Origin: Aestuariibaculum lutulentum
GTDB taxonomy: Bacteria > Bacteroidota > Bacteroidia > Flavobacteriales > Flavobacteriaceae
Length of the DNA: 64,000 nucleotides
Assembly: GCF_032926325.1 (NCBI RefSeq)
Contig: NZ_CP136709.1
Span: 1,167,447-1,231,446, forward strand
Direction of reading: 5' to 3'
Under the pieces are notes generated by a model. That model was given only the letters and a program-made list of their open reading frames with translations, was not told the origin of the DNA and made no database searches. Within the stretch, counting starts at the first letter, position 1; each line of letters begins with the position of its first letter. The position numbers and the translations under genes were made by a program. Positions 22,301 through 31,181 of the stretch are shown piece after piece.

Positions 22301-22365
22301 GAGTCGATGTTTTAGCACTTCCTTCAACTAGAAGTGTTGGTCTGAATCTTAATCTAACATTCTAA
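19354..22365 (+). CDS. SusC/RagA-family TonB-linked outer-membrane transporter.
   Basis: 1003 aa with a signal peptide and a CarboxypepD_reg domain. Contains the SusC-specific plug (LAEVVVTALGIKKTRESLTYAAQ) and a C-terminal LNLTF. Confidence 0.92.
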   Translation: MKYYLKTTLLFSFLFFSIQLFAQEKEIKGIVTSKADGMPIAGGNVIIQGTTTGTLTDFDGKYTIMAKTGDVLTFSFLGMTTEKVTVADSNTINVQLAEDNEQLAEVVVTALGIKKTRESLTYAAQDINADELNKSKQTNPINSLSGKVSGVSITRSSSGVGGSVKVTLRGNSSIGNNQPLYVVDGIPLSNPTASQPTLSFGDIDGGNRDGGDALSLINPDDIESLTVLKGASASALYGSAGLNGVILITTKKGRSGNFKTDFSTNLTVDSAAYSMEFNNEAQNNNDDFFNTGYTNINSLSISGGTDKAQTYFSYSNSFASGILPENNLKQHTFNVRETAKLFDDKLTVNASVMASTQNITNRPISGLYYNPLVGVYGFESDTEKLSDYSDFESYDANRNIMSQRWFRATSDIEQNPYWILNRNASEDTNKKLISSLSLNYEVNYWLSFQTRGTYDKSMYEFERKIYATTDATLAPENGRYIYNSSDFTQYYGDFIANINTTFNETISLSAIIGTSTTRTTTESFVGDSGTNGGLQFANVFAFQNFNGNPSVNFTQNSLETRVNSVFASATVGFNDKFFIDLTARNDWTSTLPKENNSFLYPSVGLTGVLSEIFELPESISFAKLRGSYAEVGNGFAADQINPQRQIIFGGGGVDPNEPIRPFPGSTPKPERQKSFEIGTEWKFANNRFGIDLGYYNTKTSDQYYAFSTSVAIIGAPQAYLNSGEISNKGFEATVFAIPVQNDNISWNTSINFASNKNKIEKIYNGQVLEGLIEPEFFTLSQKGVNTFGSYLVEGGSFGDIYAQVVRRNDEGLPIIEGDAVMVNDDNTIDGLTKVGNANPDFTLGWNNSFSIKNFSIDFLVDGKFGGETMSMTEAIVEGFSNNSARETANNNVNVQIDGTATTMTAQEYYGKVSGRNGFTGEYVYSATNVRLAEFSLGYNFKLGENSFLSKAKASIVGNNLFFFYKDAPHDPNLSISTGNALQGVDVLALPSTRSVGLNLNLTF

Positions 22366-22377
22366 ACTTAACAGAAA

Positions 22378-23964
22378 ATGAAAAATATAAAAAGCATGTT
22401 ATCTTGTTTAGTTGCCACAGGAATTATATCAACATCTTGTAGTGATTTAGAACAATTTAACGTAAACGAAAGAAATATAACTCAAGAGCAACTTGAAGTC
22501 GATTTTCAACACGTAGGATCAAAATACAAACCAATTTTCGAAAATATTTATCAATATACCCCTGCCTGGTCTTACCAATTACAACAAAACCTAAATGCTG
22601 ATGTATATTCTGGATATATGACAAATCCAAGGCCCTTTGTTGCAGGTGCTAACAATACAACGTATAGTCTTGTTAGCGGATGGAATAATTTTATCTGGAA
22701 TGTACCATATTCTAACGTTATGAATAATGTTGATGGAATTACAAAACTAACCGAAGGAGAATTCCCGACGTTGCATGCCATTGCCTTAATTCTAAAGGTT
22801 GAGGCTATGCATAGAGTATCAGACGTTTTTGGGCCTATAGTTTACACGAGTTTCGGTGACCTTGAAAAAGCAGGTATTTACGACTCTCAGGAAACTGCTT
22901 ACAACGCCTTTTTCTCCGATTTAGATATGGCTGTTGAAAATCTTATGGCAGATATTGATAGTGAACGATTTTCTGCTTTCGATTTAGCATATGATGGCGA
23001 TTACTCACAATGGGTAAAATTTGCAAATTCTTTAAGACTACGTTTAGCGATTAGAATTTCTAAAGTAGACCCTGCAAAAGCCAAGCTTGAAGGCGAAAAA
23101 GCATTAAATCAATCCTTAGGTGTGATGAGTGCAAATACCGATGGCTTTTTTGTTAACGGTAGTTTAGACCACCCTTTAGCAACACTCGATAATGCCTGGG
23201 CCGACATTAGAATGAATGCATCTATGGAATCGTTTTTAGTGGGTTACAACGATGGAAGAGCAAACGCCTATTTCGATGCTCCTACGACTGTTTCAGGAAC
23301 AGTAAAAGGTATTCGTGGTGGTTTACCTCTGTTTTCTAAATATGCTGATGAGCTTGCTCAAAAAGCCGATTATGTAGGATTTTCAATGATTAATGATAAT
23401 ATACACACCTCAAAAGTACAATTAATGACTGCAGCTGAAGTGGCATTCCTTAAGGCCGAAGCTGCTTTACGCGGATGGTCGGGGGCAGGCGATGCACAGT
23501 CTAATTACGAAACCGGCATACAACTGTCTTTCGATCAACATGGGGCTAGTGGCGTAAACGACTATATTTCAGATAATGCATCAACTCCTGCTAATTATGT
23601 AGACCCTATAACTCCATCAAATAATATTTCAGCACTTTCAACTATTACAATTGCCTGGGACGAAGCGGCCAGCAACGAAGTTAAGCTTGAAAAAATTATT
23701 ACTCAAAAATGGCTGGCTATGTTCCCTGAAGGACAAGAAGCCTGGAGTGAATTCAGACGTACTGGGTATCCTAAAATCTTCCCTGTGGTAAGCAATCAAA
23801 GTGGCGGACTTATAGATACCAATATTCAAATTAGACGTATTCCTTTTGTAGATAGCGAACTATCAACCAACCCGGAAGGTGTTGCCGAGGCCGTAAAATT
23901 ACTAAGCGGCCCAGACAACGGAGGCACCAGATTATGGTGGGATACAGGTGCTGCAAATTTTTAA
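22378..23964 (+). CDS. SusD/RagB-family nutrient-binding lipoprotein.
   Basis: 528 aa with a lipoprotein signal (ISTSCSD). TPR-like SusD fold features are present, including the C-terminal W..F.R.GYP motif (EAWSEFRRTGYPKIFP). Confidence 0.9.
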   Translation: MKNIKSMLSCLVATGIISTSCSDLEQFNVNERNITQEQLEVDFQHVGSKYKPIFENIYQYTPAWSYQLQQNLNADVYSGYMTNPRPFVAGANNTTYSLVSGWNNFIWNVPYSNVMNNVDGITKLTEGEFPTLHAIALILKVEAMHRVSDVFGPIVYTSFGDLEKAGIYDSQETAYNAFFSDLDMAVENLMADIDSERFSAFDLAYDGDYSQWVKFANSLRLRLAIRISKVDPAKAKLEGEKALNQSLGVMSANTDGFFVNGSLDHPLATLDNAWADIRMNASMESFLVGYNDGRANAYFDAPTTVSGTVKGIRGGLPLFSKYADELAQKADYVGFSMINDNIHTSKVQLMTAAEVAFLKAEAALRGWSGAGDAQSNYETGIQLSFDQHGASGVNDYISDNASTPANYVDPITPSNNISALSTITIAWDEAASNEVKLEKIITQKWLAMFPEGQEAWSEFRRTGYPKIFPVVSNQSGGLIDTNIQIRRIPFVDSELSTNPEGVAEAVKLLSGPDNGGTRLWWDTGAANF

Positions 23965-24076
23965 GATTTTCATAAGCATATATTTTTTGGTTTAGTTTAA
24001 ACAGAGCGTTTTTTAATTTGAAAGAGAGCTCTTAACAAGCAAGCAGAACATTGTTCTGCTTGCTTTTAAAAAACAG

Positions 24077-26008
24077 ATGAAAATGAGAGTAGATATTACT
24101 GATTATAAAAGTATAGCCTACAGAGAGGCTGGAAAATTTGAAGAAACGCGCTTTGAAAAAATTCACAATGTTATTTTCGAATCTTCTCATGAAGCTTCAT
24201 TAATTGTTGCTAAGGAAATAGCATCACTAATTCGTGATAAACAGTCGCAAGGACAACCATGTATACTTGGCTTAGCAACCGGATCATCTCCTATTAAAGT
24301 TTACGAAGAACTGGTTCGTATGCACAAAGAAGAAGGTTTATGTTTCTCTAATGTAGTTACTTTTAATCTCGATGAATACTATCCCATGGATAAAAATAAT
24401 ATTCAGAGTTACTACTACTTTATGCATGAACACCTGTTCAACCACATAGATATACTTTCTGAAAACATTAATATTCCTGATGGCAAAGTGCCTACCGACG
24501 AACTGTATCAATTCTGTATAGATTATGAAATGAAAATCAAATCTTATGGCGGATTAGACTTTCAATTGTTAGGTATTGGACGTACAGGCCATATCGGTTT
24601 TAACGAACCCGGATCACACCTCAACTCCGGTACGCGAAGCATTACTTTAGATCACATTACACGTGTTGATGCTGCTTCGTCATTTTTAGGAATAGATAAC
24701 GTTCCGCGTAAAGCCATTACTATGGGAATTGGCACCATAAAAAGTGCTAAACGCATTGTTTTATTAGCTTGGGGAAACAATAAAGCTGAAATTATACAAC
24801 AAGCCATTGAGGGCGACATAACCCCAAACATTCCTGCAACCTATTTACAGGAACACCACAACACAACCTTTGTGTTAGACCATGAAGCTGCTTTAGAACT
24901 AACCCGTGTAAAAACCCCTTGGTTAGTTACTTCTTGTTTATGGACCAATATTTTAAAATTAAAAGCTGTGGTTTGGCTAAGTGAATTACTAAATAAACCT
25001 ATTTTAAAACTAACTGATAAAGATTATAACGATAATGGCATGTCTGGTTTATTAACCGAAGAAGGCACTGCTTACGATTTAAACATTAAAATGTTTAATC
25101 AATTACAACATACCATAACAGGATGGCCTGGAGGAAAACCTAATGCTGATGATACTTACCGTCCTGAACGCGCAACACCAGAAAAAAAGCGCATCATCAT
25201 TTTTAGCCCGCACCCAGACGACGACGTCATTTCTATGGGTGGCACTTTCGATCGCCTTGTGGAGCAAGGTCACGAGGTACATGTGGCTTACCAAACCTCA
25301 GGAAACATCGCTGTTTCGGACGAAGAAAGCTTGAAATTTGCAGAAATAGCAAACCTTTTCGAACCGAATGCAGAAATCGATAAAATAATTTCATACCTCA
25401 AAACAAAGCGAGAGAGCGACATCGACTGTTTAGAAGTACGAAATCTTAAAGGCAAAATACGTCGTAGCGAATCGCTTGGCGCCACGCGTTATTTAAACTT
25501 AAAAGATGAAAACGTACACTTTTTAGATCTTCCGTTTTACGAAACCGGAACCATTAAAAAAGGGCATTTAACTTCAGCTGATATCAGCATTATGTGTAAC
25601 CTGATTGAAAGCATAAAACCGCATCAAATATATGCCGCCGGCGATTTAGCCGATCCGCATGGTACACATCGTGTGTGTTTAAATGCCTTGTTTATGGCTT
25701 TAGAAGAATTAAAATCAAAACCTTACATGAACGATTGCTGGGTTTGGCTCTATCGTGGTGCCTGGCATGAATGGGAATCCTACGAAATAGACATGGCCAT
25801 ACCTATGAGTCCCGATCAGGTACTTAAAAAACGTCATGCCATTTTCTATCACCAGTCGCAAAAAGACGGGGTGATGTTTCAAGGCGACGATTCCAGAGAA
25901 TTCTGGGTACGCGCTGAAGACCGTAACCGCTTAACCGCAAAAAAATACAATGATTTAGGCTTAGCCGAATATGCTGCTATTGAAGCCTTTAAACGCTACC
26001 ATTTTTAA
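24077..26008 (+). CDS. nagB: Glucosamine-6-phosphate deaminase (NagB-II type) fused to a C-terminal PIG-L/LmbE-like deacetylase domain.
   Basis: 643 aa. The N-terminal half has the GlcN6P deaminase motif (LGIGRTGHIGFNEPGS). The C-terminal half has the LmbE-like HPDDD metal site (IIIFSPHPDDDVISMGG). Confidence 0.85.
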   Translation: MKMRVDITDYKSIAYREAGKFEETRFEKIHNVIFESSHEASLIVAKEIASLIRDKQSQGQPCILGLATGSSPIKVYEELVRMHKEEGLCFSNVVTFNLDEYYPMDKNNIQSYYYFMHEHLFNHIDILSENINIPDGKVPTDELYQFCIDYEMKIKSYGGLDFQLLGIGRTGHIGFNEPGSHLNSGTRSITLDHITRVDAASSFLGIDNVPRKAITMGIGTIKSAKRIVLLAWGNNKAEIIQQAIEGDITPNIPATYLQEHHNTTFVLDHEAALELTRVKTPWLVTSCLWTNILKLKAVVWLSELLNKPILKLTDKDYNDNGMSGLLTEEGTAYDLNIKMFNQLQHTITGWPGGKPNADDTYRPERATPEKKRIIIFSPHPDDDVISMGGTFDRLVEQGHEVHVAYQTSGNIAVSDEESLKFAEIANLFEPNAEIDKIISYLKTKRESDIDCLEVRNLKGKIRRSESLGATRYLNLKDENVHFLDLPFYETGTIKKGHLTSADISIMCNLIESIKPHQIYAAGDLADPHGTHRVCLNALFMALEELKSKPYMNDCWVWLYRGAWHEWESYEIDMAIPMSPDQVLKKRHAIFYHQSQKDGVMFQGDDSREFWVRAEDRNRLTAKKYNDLGLAEYAAIEAFKRYHF

Positions 26009-26016
26009 CAATTAAC

Positions 26017-28050
26017 ATGAATAGATTACTTGCTATACTTTGCCTCATTACTTTAAATTGTTTCTCTCAATCCAATTTGAAAGAGACTTATAATTTAATG
26101 CCCTGGCCAAAATCAATAGAGGAAAACAACCAACGTTTTGTTATAGATGAAAACCTAACGGTATCCATTGATGGTGACTCCCCAAAACGGGTTCAGCATG
26201 CAGTGACTTCATTTTTAAGACGCCTGTCAAACAGAAGTGGCGTGTTTATCAATGAAGGTTTTGCAATGCCTTTATCTGAAAACAAGCAAGCATCTATTCA
26301 AATATCTTATAAAGAATCTGCTAAGTTAATCATTGAAGACGACGAGTCGTACCAATTAGATGTACAGTCTAATAAAGTATCGCTTGTTGCCAATACAGAT
26401 GTTGGGGCTATTCGAGGATTGGAAACACTTTTACAATTATTAACGAACACCAATTCTGAATACTATCTACCCGGTGTTTCTATCTCCGATGCCCCACGTT
26501 TTGTATGGCGTGGCTTAATGATTGACGTTTCCAGACACTTTCATCCCATAGACGTTATAAAACGCAATCTCGATGCTATGGCTTCTGTAAAAATGAATGT
26601 CTTTCACTGGCATTTAACAGACGACCAAGGCTTTAGAATTGAGTCGAAAACCTATCCCAAACTACACGAATTGGCTTCCGACGGACTATACTATACTCAA
26701 GAACAAATCAAGGACATTGTAGAGTATGCCTCTATTCTTGGCATTCGAGTAATTCCGGAATTTGATGTGCCGGGCCATGCTACCGCCATTTTAACCGCCT
26801 ATCCAGAACTTGGAAGCAAACCGGGAGCAACCTATAAAATTGAACGTTATTCGGGTGTTTTCGATCCCACTTTAGACCCGACTAACGAGGATGTATATGT
26901 TTTTTTAGAAAACCTATTTACTGAAATAGCACCCCTATTCCCAGATAGCTATTTTCATATTGGTGGTGACGAAAACGAAGGCAAACACTGGGATGCTAAC
27001 GAGCATATTCAGCTATTTAAAAAAGAACATAATCTTGCTACCAACCACGATTTACAAACCTATTTTAATATCCGATTAGAAAAAATTCTGAAAAAACTGG
27101 ATAAAAAACTGGTTGGCTGGGATGAAATTATGACACCAAATATGCCGAAAACAGCCATTATTCATTCGTGGAGAGGTGAACATGAAGGCTTAGCAAAGGG
27201 CGGAACCTTAATTGAAGCTGCTAAAAAAGGGTATAACACCATTTTATCTAACGGATTTTATATTGACCGCATGGAATCTGTGGTGAAACATTACCAAACC
27301 GAACCGATTGGAGATGTACAACTAACCGAAGACGAACGAAACCGTATTTTAGGTGGCGAAGTCACCATGTGGAGCGAACTGGTAACACCATTAACCATCG
27401 ACTCCAGAATCTGGCCAAGAACAGCTGCCATAGCCGAGCGCTTATGGTCACAAAAAGACATTACGGATGTTGATAAGATGCTGAAACGTTTAGAAGTTAT
27501 TAATTATAGATTGGAAGAGGTTGGCATTACCCATATTAGAAACAAAGGGGTAATTTTAAGAAACCTGAGTAATAATCAGGATATTTCAGGATTGGAAATA
27601 CTTTCTAATGTTTGTGAACCGCTTAAAATTTACAGCCGAAATGAAGGCGGTACCGAGTATAAAACCTACTCGCCTTTCACCCTATTTGCCGATGCCTGTA
27701 ATGTAGACGCCAACGATGCTTTAAAATTTAAAAAAGCCGTTACAAACTATACTGAATCACCTAACGAAGCGCACAAATCGGATATTATTACGCTATTGGA
27801 ATCTTGGGCAAAAAACCATAAAGCTTTTCAAAAAATAGATAAAAGCCCTAAGATAGCACCGCTGGAATCTTTATCGTTTAACCTTTCGGAAAGTGCTAAG
27901 TTTTTATTGAAGCTGTCACAAAAAGAAAAGCTATCGAAGAATGACATAAAATCATTCAAATCTCGAATAGAAACCTTAAAACAACCTTTCGCAGATGTTG
28001 AATTGGTTATTGTAAACGATATGGAAAAACTATTTGAAGCCTTAAAATAA
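26017..28050 (+). CDS. Beta-N-acetylhexosaminidase (GH20).
   Basis: 677 aa with a signal peptide and the GH20 catalytic motif HIGGDE plus flanking conserved blocks (FHWHLTDDQGFR). Confidence 0.9.
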   Translation: MNRLLAILCLITLNCFSQSNLKETYNLMPWPKSIEENNQRFVIDENLTVSIDGDSPKRVQHAVTSFLRRLSNRSGVFINEGFAMPLSENKQASIQISYKESAKLIIEDDESYQLDVQSNKVSLVANTDVGAIRGLETLLQLLTNTNSEYYLPGVSISDAPRFVWRGLMIDVSRHFHPIDVIKRNLDAMASVKMNVFHWHLTDDQGFRIESKTYPKLHELASDGLYYTQEQIKDIVEYASILGIRVIPEFDVPGHATAILTAYPELGSKPGATYKIERYSGVFDPTLDPTNEDVYVFLENLFTEIAPLFPDSYFHIGGDENEGKHWDANEHIQLFKKEHNLATNHDLQTYFNIRLEKILKKLDKKLVGWDEIMTPNMPKTAIIHSWRGEHEGLAKGGTLIEAAKKGYNTILSNGFYIDRMESVVKHYQTEPIGDVQLTEDERNRILGGEVTMWSELVTPLTIDSRIWPRTAAIAERLWSQKDITDVDKMLKRLEVINYRLEEVGITHIRNKGVILRNLSNNQDISGLEILSNVCEPLKIYSRNEGGTEYKTYSPFTLFADACNVDANDALKFKKAVTNYTESPNEAHKSDIITLLESWAKNHKAFQKIDKSPKIAPLESLSFNLSESAKFLLKLSQKEKLSKNDIKSFKSRIETLKQPFADVELVIVNDMEKLFEALK

Positions 28051-28491
28051 TTTACCTGCTTCAATAATGGTAAACCCGGTTCGCTTATAATCGACCTTTT
28101 TCCCATTGGCACAAAACTGATATCTGCCTTTAGATTTTTGCTCTGAGGCAGATATTAAAACAACCTCTTCTACCGAGCAATTATAATCTTTAGCCACTTT
28201 AGCTTTTACATCATCAATAGTCGCTCTGCCCTTTTTTAACTGCGATTGAATTTTATTGTTTAGTTTAGGTTCTTCAAAACCTTCACCCAATTTACATGCA
28301 TCATCTTTTACAGATATAGCTTCAGAAATATCCTTTTTGGGAGCATCCTTAGGCATGGCATCAATATATTCCCAGGTGTAATCAGCTTTTAACAGAACTT
28401 TTCGACCATCTTCGGTTTTAACAATATAATTATTTTGAGCAAACGATACAGATGTGATAAAAAGTAATAAAAGGAAAACTATTGATTTCAT
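28042..28491 (-). CDS. Small secreted hypothetical protein.
   Basis: The ORF track gives 28042..28518, but the signal peptide begins at the internal Met (MKSIVFLLLLFITSVSFAQ), so the start is set at 28491. Convergently overlaps the GH20 stop by 9 nt. Confidence 0.45.
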   Translation of the reverse strand: MKSIVFLLLLFITSVSFAQNNYIVKTEDGRKVLLKADYTWEYIDAMPKDAPKKDISEAISVKDDACKLGEGFEEPKLNNKIQSQLKKGRATIDDVKAKVAKDYNCSVEEVVLISASEQKSKGRYQFCANGKKVDYKRTGFTIIEAGKLF

Positions 28492-28530
28492 AGAATATTT
28501 ATAATTGGATGTACTCAAAAGTACAAATTA

Positions 28531-30327
28531 TTAGTTTAATTGCTTAGAAGACAACCAAGCCTTTCTGGCCGTTTTTTGTTTGGCATTCAACTTTAGATTG
28601 TTAGCTTCAAACGGGCTTAAGCTATATGCTCTGTTTGGTAGTAAAGTCACTTTTGTTCTCTTCGGCACACCAAACCGTTCAAACTCAATTTTTATAACAT
28701 CATATGGTTTTAAACTAGCTATTAAAACATTAAAGTTATTTGAAGTTGTGAAATCTATTCCGTCTACCTTTAAAATTCTGTCACCTTCTTCCAGTCCGGC
28801 GTTATATGCTGCTGTTCCGATAATGGTGTTTTTGGAAATAAAACCTTCGTCGTTTACTGAAACTCCAAAATCGGGTTTATCTAAATCCTGAGTTAAAGTC
28901 ACACCTACAGAACTTAATAAAGCCTTCATTTCAGGCATATCACTTTTGTAGATATAATTCTTAAAAAAGTGAGAGCCAAAAGCTTCTCCGGCATATTCAT
29001 TTAACGTATTATGCAAATCTTCAACCGTATATGGCTTTTCATTTTTTCCATATTTGTTCCAAACCAGTTTCATAAGATCATCGAGATTTAATCCGTTTTG
29101 ACGCAACGACAAGTCTAAAGCCAGGCCAAGCATATTTCCGTATGAATAATAAGAAATGAATGTATTGTCTCTATTCACCGGATCTACTGAACGAGCCGCA
29201 TCAACAAACGGCGCCTGATAACTCATTTCAATAGGATTGAAAAATTGTCTCGCCGGAGAATTCCATACATAATTAAATGTTCCGGTAATGCTATTGACAT
29301 ATTGCTCTTCACTGATTAAACCTGCTCTACATAAGGTTAAAGTAGTGTAATAACTGGTAAAGCCTTCGGCAAACCAAAGTTCTCCACTCATATTAGCCTC
29401 TTCAAAATCGAACGGCTCCAAGGTATCAGGACGAATACGCTCTACGTTCCAGCAATGAAAAAACTCGTGAGCGACTGTTCCTAAATTCGCATCCATTCCG
29501 CCATCGGCCAAACTACGTGTGTTGGTAACAATGGTTGAATTTCTATGCTCCATACCATCGCCTGAAGCGTTAGAAATATAACACACCAAAAAAGTATACT
29601 CACCATAATCGAACTTTGGCAATTCGCCATACACCTGTTCTTCCTCTAGAACAATTTTCTTAACGCGGTTAAAATAATCATCTAATTCCGCTTCAGTGCC
29701 GTTATGATGCAATACGAAGTTTATGGTTTGTCCGTTTACCTGAAAAGAACGTTCACTAAAATTGCTTATCTCGGTTGGGCTATCCATAAAATACTGCAAG
29801 TTTTCGGCGTAGTAGGTATTGTCTTTTACATGCTTTAATTGTGTTGCAACTTTCCATTTCAAATCTTCACGCACATTAAAAGTGACTTCCATAGCTTTAT
29901 CTTCTAAACTCGGCACATACAAAAAAGTTGCCGGCATATTTAAATGCGCATGGGTATCATCTATTTGAGAATAGGTGCCGCCACCTCGATTAGCGAATAA
30001 AATATAATGCACTTTTATGGTCCCGTCATGTCCGGAAACCTCCCAGGAATACGGATCGGGTCTTGATGTTTTTAATACCTTTCCTTTACCATCGGTTACC
30101 TTAACGCCGTAAACATTCTTCATAAATTCATGCAAAGCATAACGACCTGGTGAGGTTCTACTCATTCTAAATTCTACAGTTTTTTCCGTTAAATCCGTAA
30201 AAACGGCGTCAACAACCGCTTCGTGATGTCCGGCATTTTCAAAGGAAATATTATAGTTTGAGGCCACTTGTGCCTTGATTCTAAAACAACTTGAAACTAA
30301 AAGGAAAATGAAAAGAATTCTACGCAT
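28531..30327 (-). CDS. M61-family metallopeptidase (glycyl aminopeptidase-like) with a C-terminal PDZ domain.
   Basis: 598 aa with a signal peptide and an HEFFHCWNVE zincin motif. The C-terminal PDZ-like region is GDRILKVDGIDF. Confidence 0.8.
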   Translation of the reverse strand: MRRILFIFLLVSSCFRIKAQVASNYNISFENAGHHEAVVDAVFTDLTEKTVEFRMSRTSPGRYALHEFMKNVYGVKVTDGKGKVLKTSRPDPYSWEVSGHDGTIKVHYILFANRGGGTYSQIDDTHAHLNMPATFLYVPSLEDKAMEVTFNVREDLKWKVATQLKHVKDNTYYAENLQYFMDSPTEISNFSERSFQVNGQTINFVLHHNGTEAELDDYFNRVKKIVLEEEQVYGELPKFDYGEYTFLVCYISNASGDGMEHRNSTIVTNTRSLADGGMDANLGTVAHEFFHCWNVERIRPDTLEPFDFEEANMSGELWFAEGFTSYYTTLTLCRAGLISEEQYVNSITGTFNYVWNSPARQFFNPIEMSYQAPFVDAARSVDPVNRDNTFISYYSYGNMLGLALDLSLRQNGLNLDDLMKLVWNKYGKNEKPYTVEDLHNTLNEYAGEAFGSHFFKNYIYKSDMPEMKALLSSVGVTLTQDLDKPDFGVSVNDEGFISKNTIIGTAAYNAGLEEGDRILKVDGIDFTTSNNFNVLIASLKPYDVIKIEFERFGVPKRTKVTLLPNRAYSLSPFEANNLKLNAKQKTARKAWLSSKQLN

Positions 30328-30598
30328 TACAACATTTTAAACGACTAAGATAACATTTTTGAATCATCGATAGTTTTAATGAAAATTGAAAATAAAAGTT
30401 ATCCTTGTAACAAATCACAGATTTCACCTACATATATAATGAAAATTAAAATTTATAGACTCCTATTAACCTAATTAAGAACACATTAATTTTAGATATA
30501 GGAATTTCATGAAATCTATGTTGATTTTACTTTCGAATTAGTCATATAAAACCACAAAAAGGTTTTATATTGAATCATAAAATTTAAACCTTTTAATT

Positions 30599-31177
30599 AT
30601 GACCGAGTGGTTTTATAGCTTAGAACTCTTTCCTCAGATTTACTGGGGTATTGCTCTGGTAGCTTCACTAATTTTTATAATTATGATGATTCTAACCTTT
30701 GTGGGAGGTGATTCTGATGGATTAGAACTTGAAACAGATGCCGAAATTGAAACCGACACGGGAATCGGTTTTCAATTCATCACTTTTAAAAACCTGGTGG
30801 GATTCTTTACCATTTTTGGGTGGAGTGGTATTGCATGCATTGATGCAGGGGTATCAAAACCGCTTACCATTGTTATTTCTCTAATTGCTGGTTTAGTAAT
30901 GATGAGTATTATGGCGGCCATGTTTTATTATATGAAAAAACTAAATCATAGTGGTACACTTGACTTTAAAAATGCTATAGGTGCTGTTGGTGAAGTTTAT
31001 TTAACTATCGGTGCTAACCGCTCGTCTATTGGTAAAGCTCATGTTCGTATTCAAGGCGCTTTGCGTGAACTTGAAGCCTTAACCGATGCACAGACTACCT
31101 TAAAATCGGGAACCGTAATAAAAGTAAAAGACGTTACCGATAACGGAATTTTAATTGTAGAACAACTTAATAACTAA
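30599..31177 (+). CDS. NfeD/YqiJ-like membrane protein, partner of flotillin.
   Basis: 192 aa with N-terminal TM helices and a C-terminal OB-fold-like segment (GKAHVRIQG...GTVIKVKDV). Immediately upstream of the flotillin gene. Confidence 0.6.
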   Translation: MTEWFYSLELFPQIYWGIALVASLIFIIMMILTFVGGDSDGLELETDAEIETDTGIGFQFITFKNLVGFFTIFGWSGIACIDAGVSKPLTIVISLIAGLVMMSIMAAMFYYMKKLNHSGTLDFKNAIGAVGEVYLTIGANRSSIGKAHVRIQGALRELEALTDAQTTLKSGTVIKVKDVTDNGILIVEQLNN

Positions 31178-31181
31178 TTTA

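Noticed and set aside
28042-28050. 9-nt overlap between the GH20 gene and the convergent small secreted protein gene, considered as a possible mis-annotation or frameshift.
   Set aside because: Short convergent 3' overlaps are common. Both ORFs have independent support (the GH20 family motifs; a signal peptide on the small protein).
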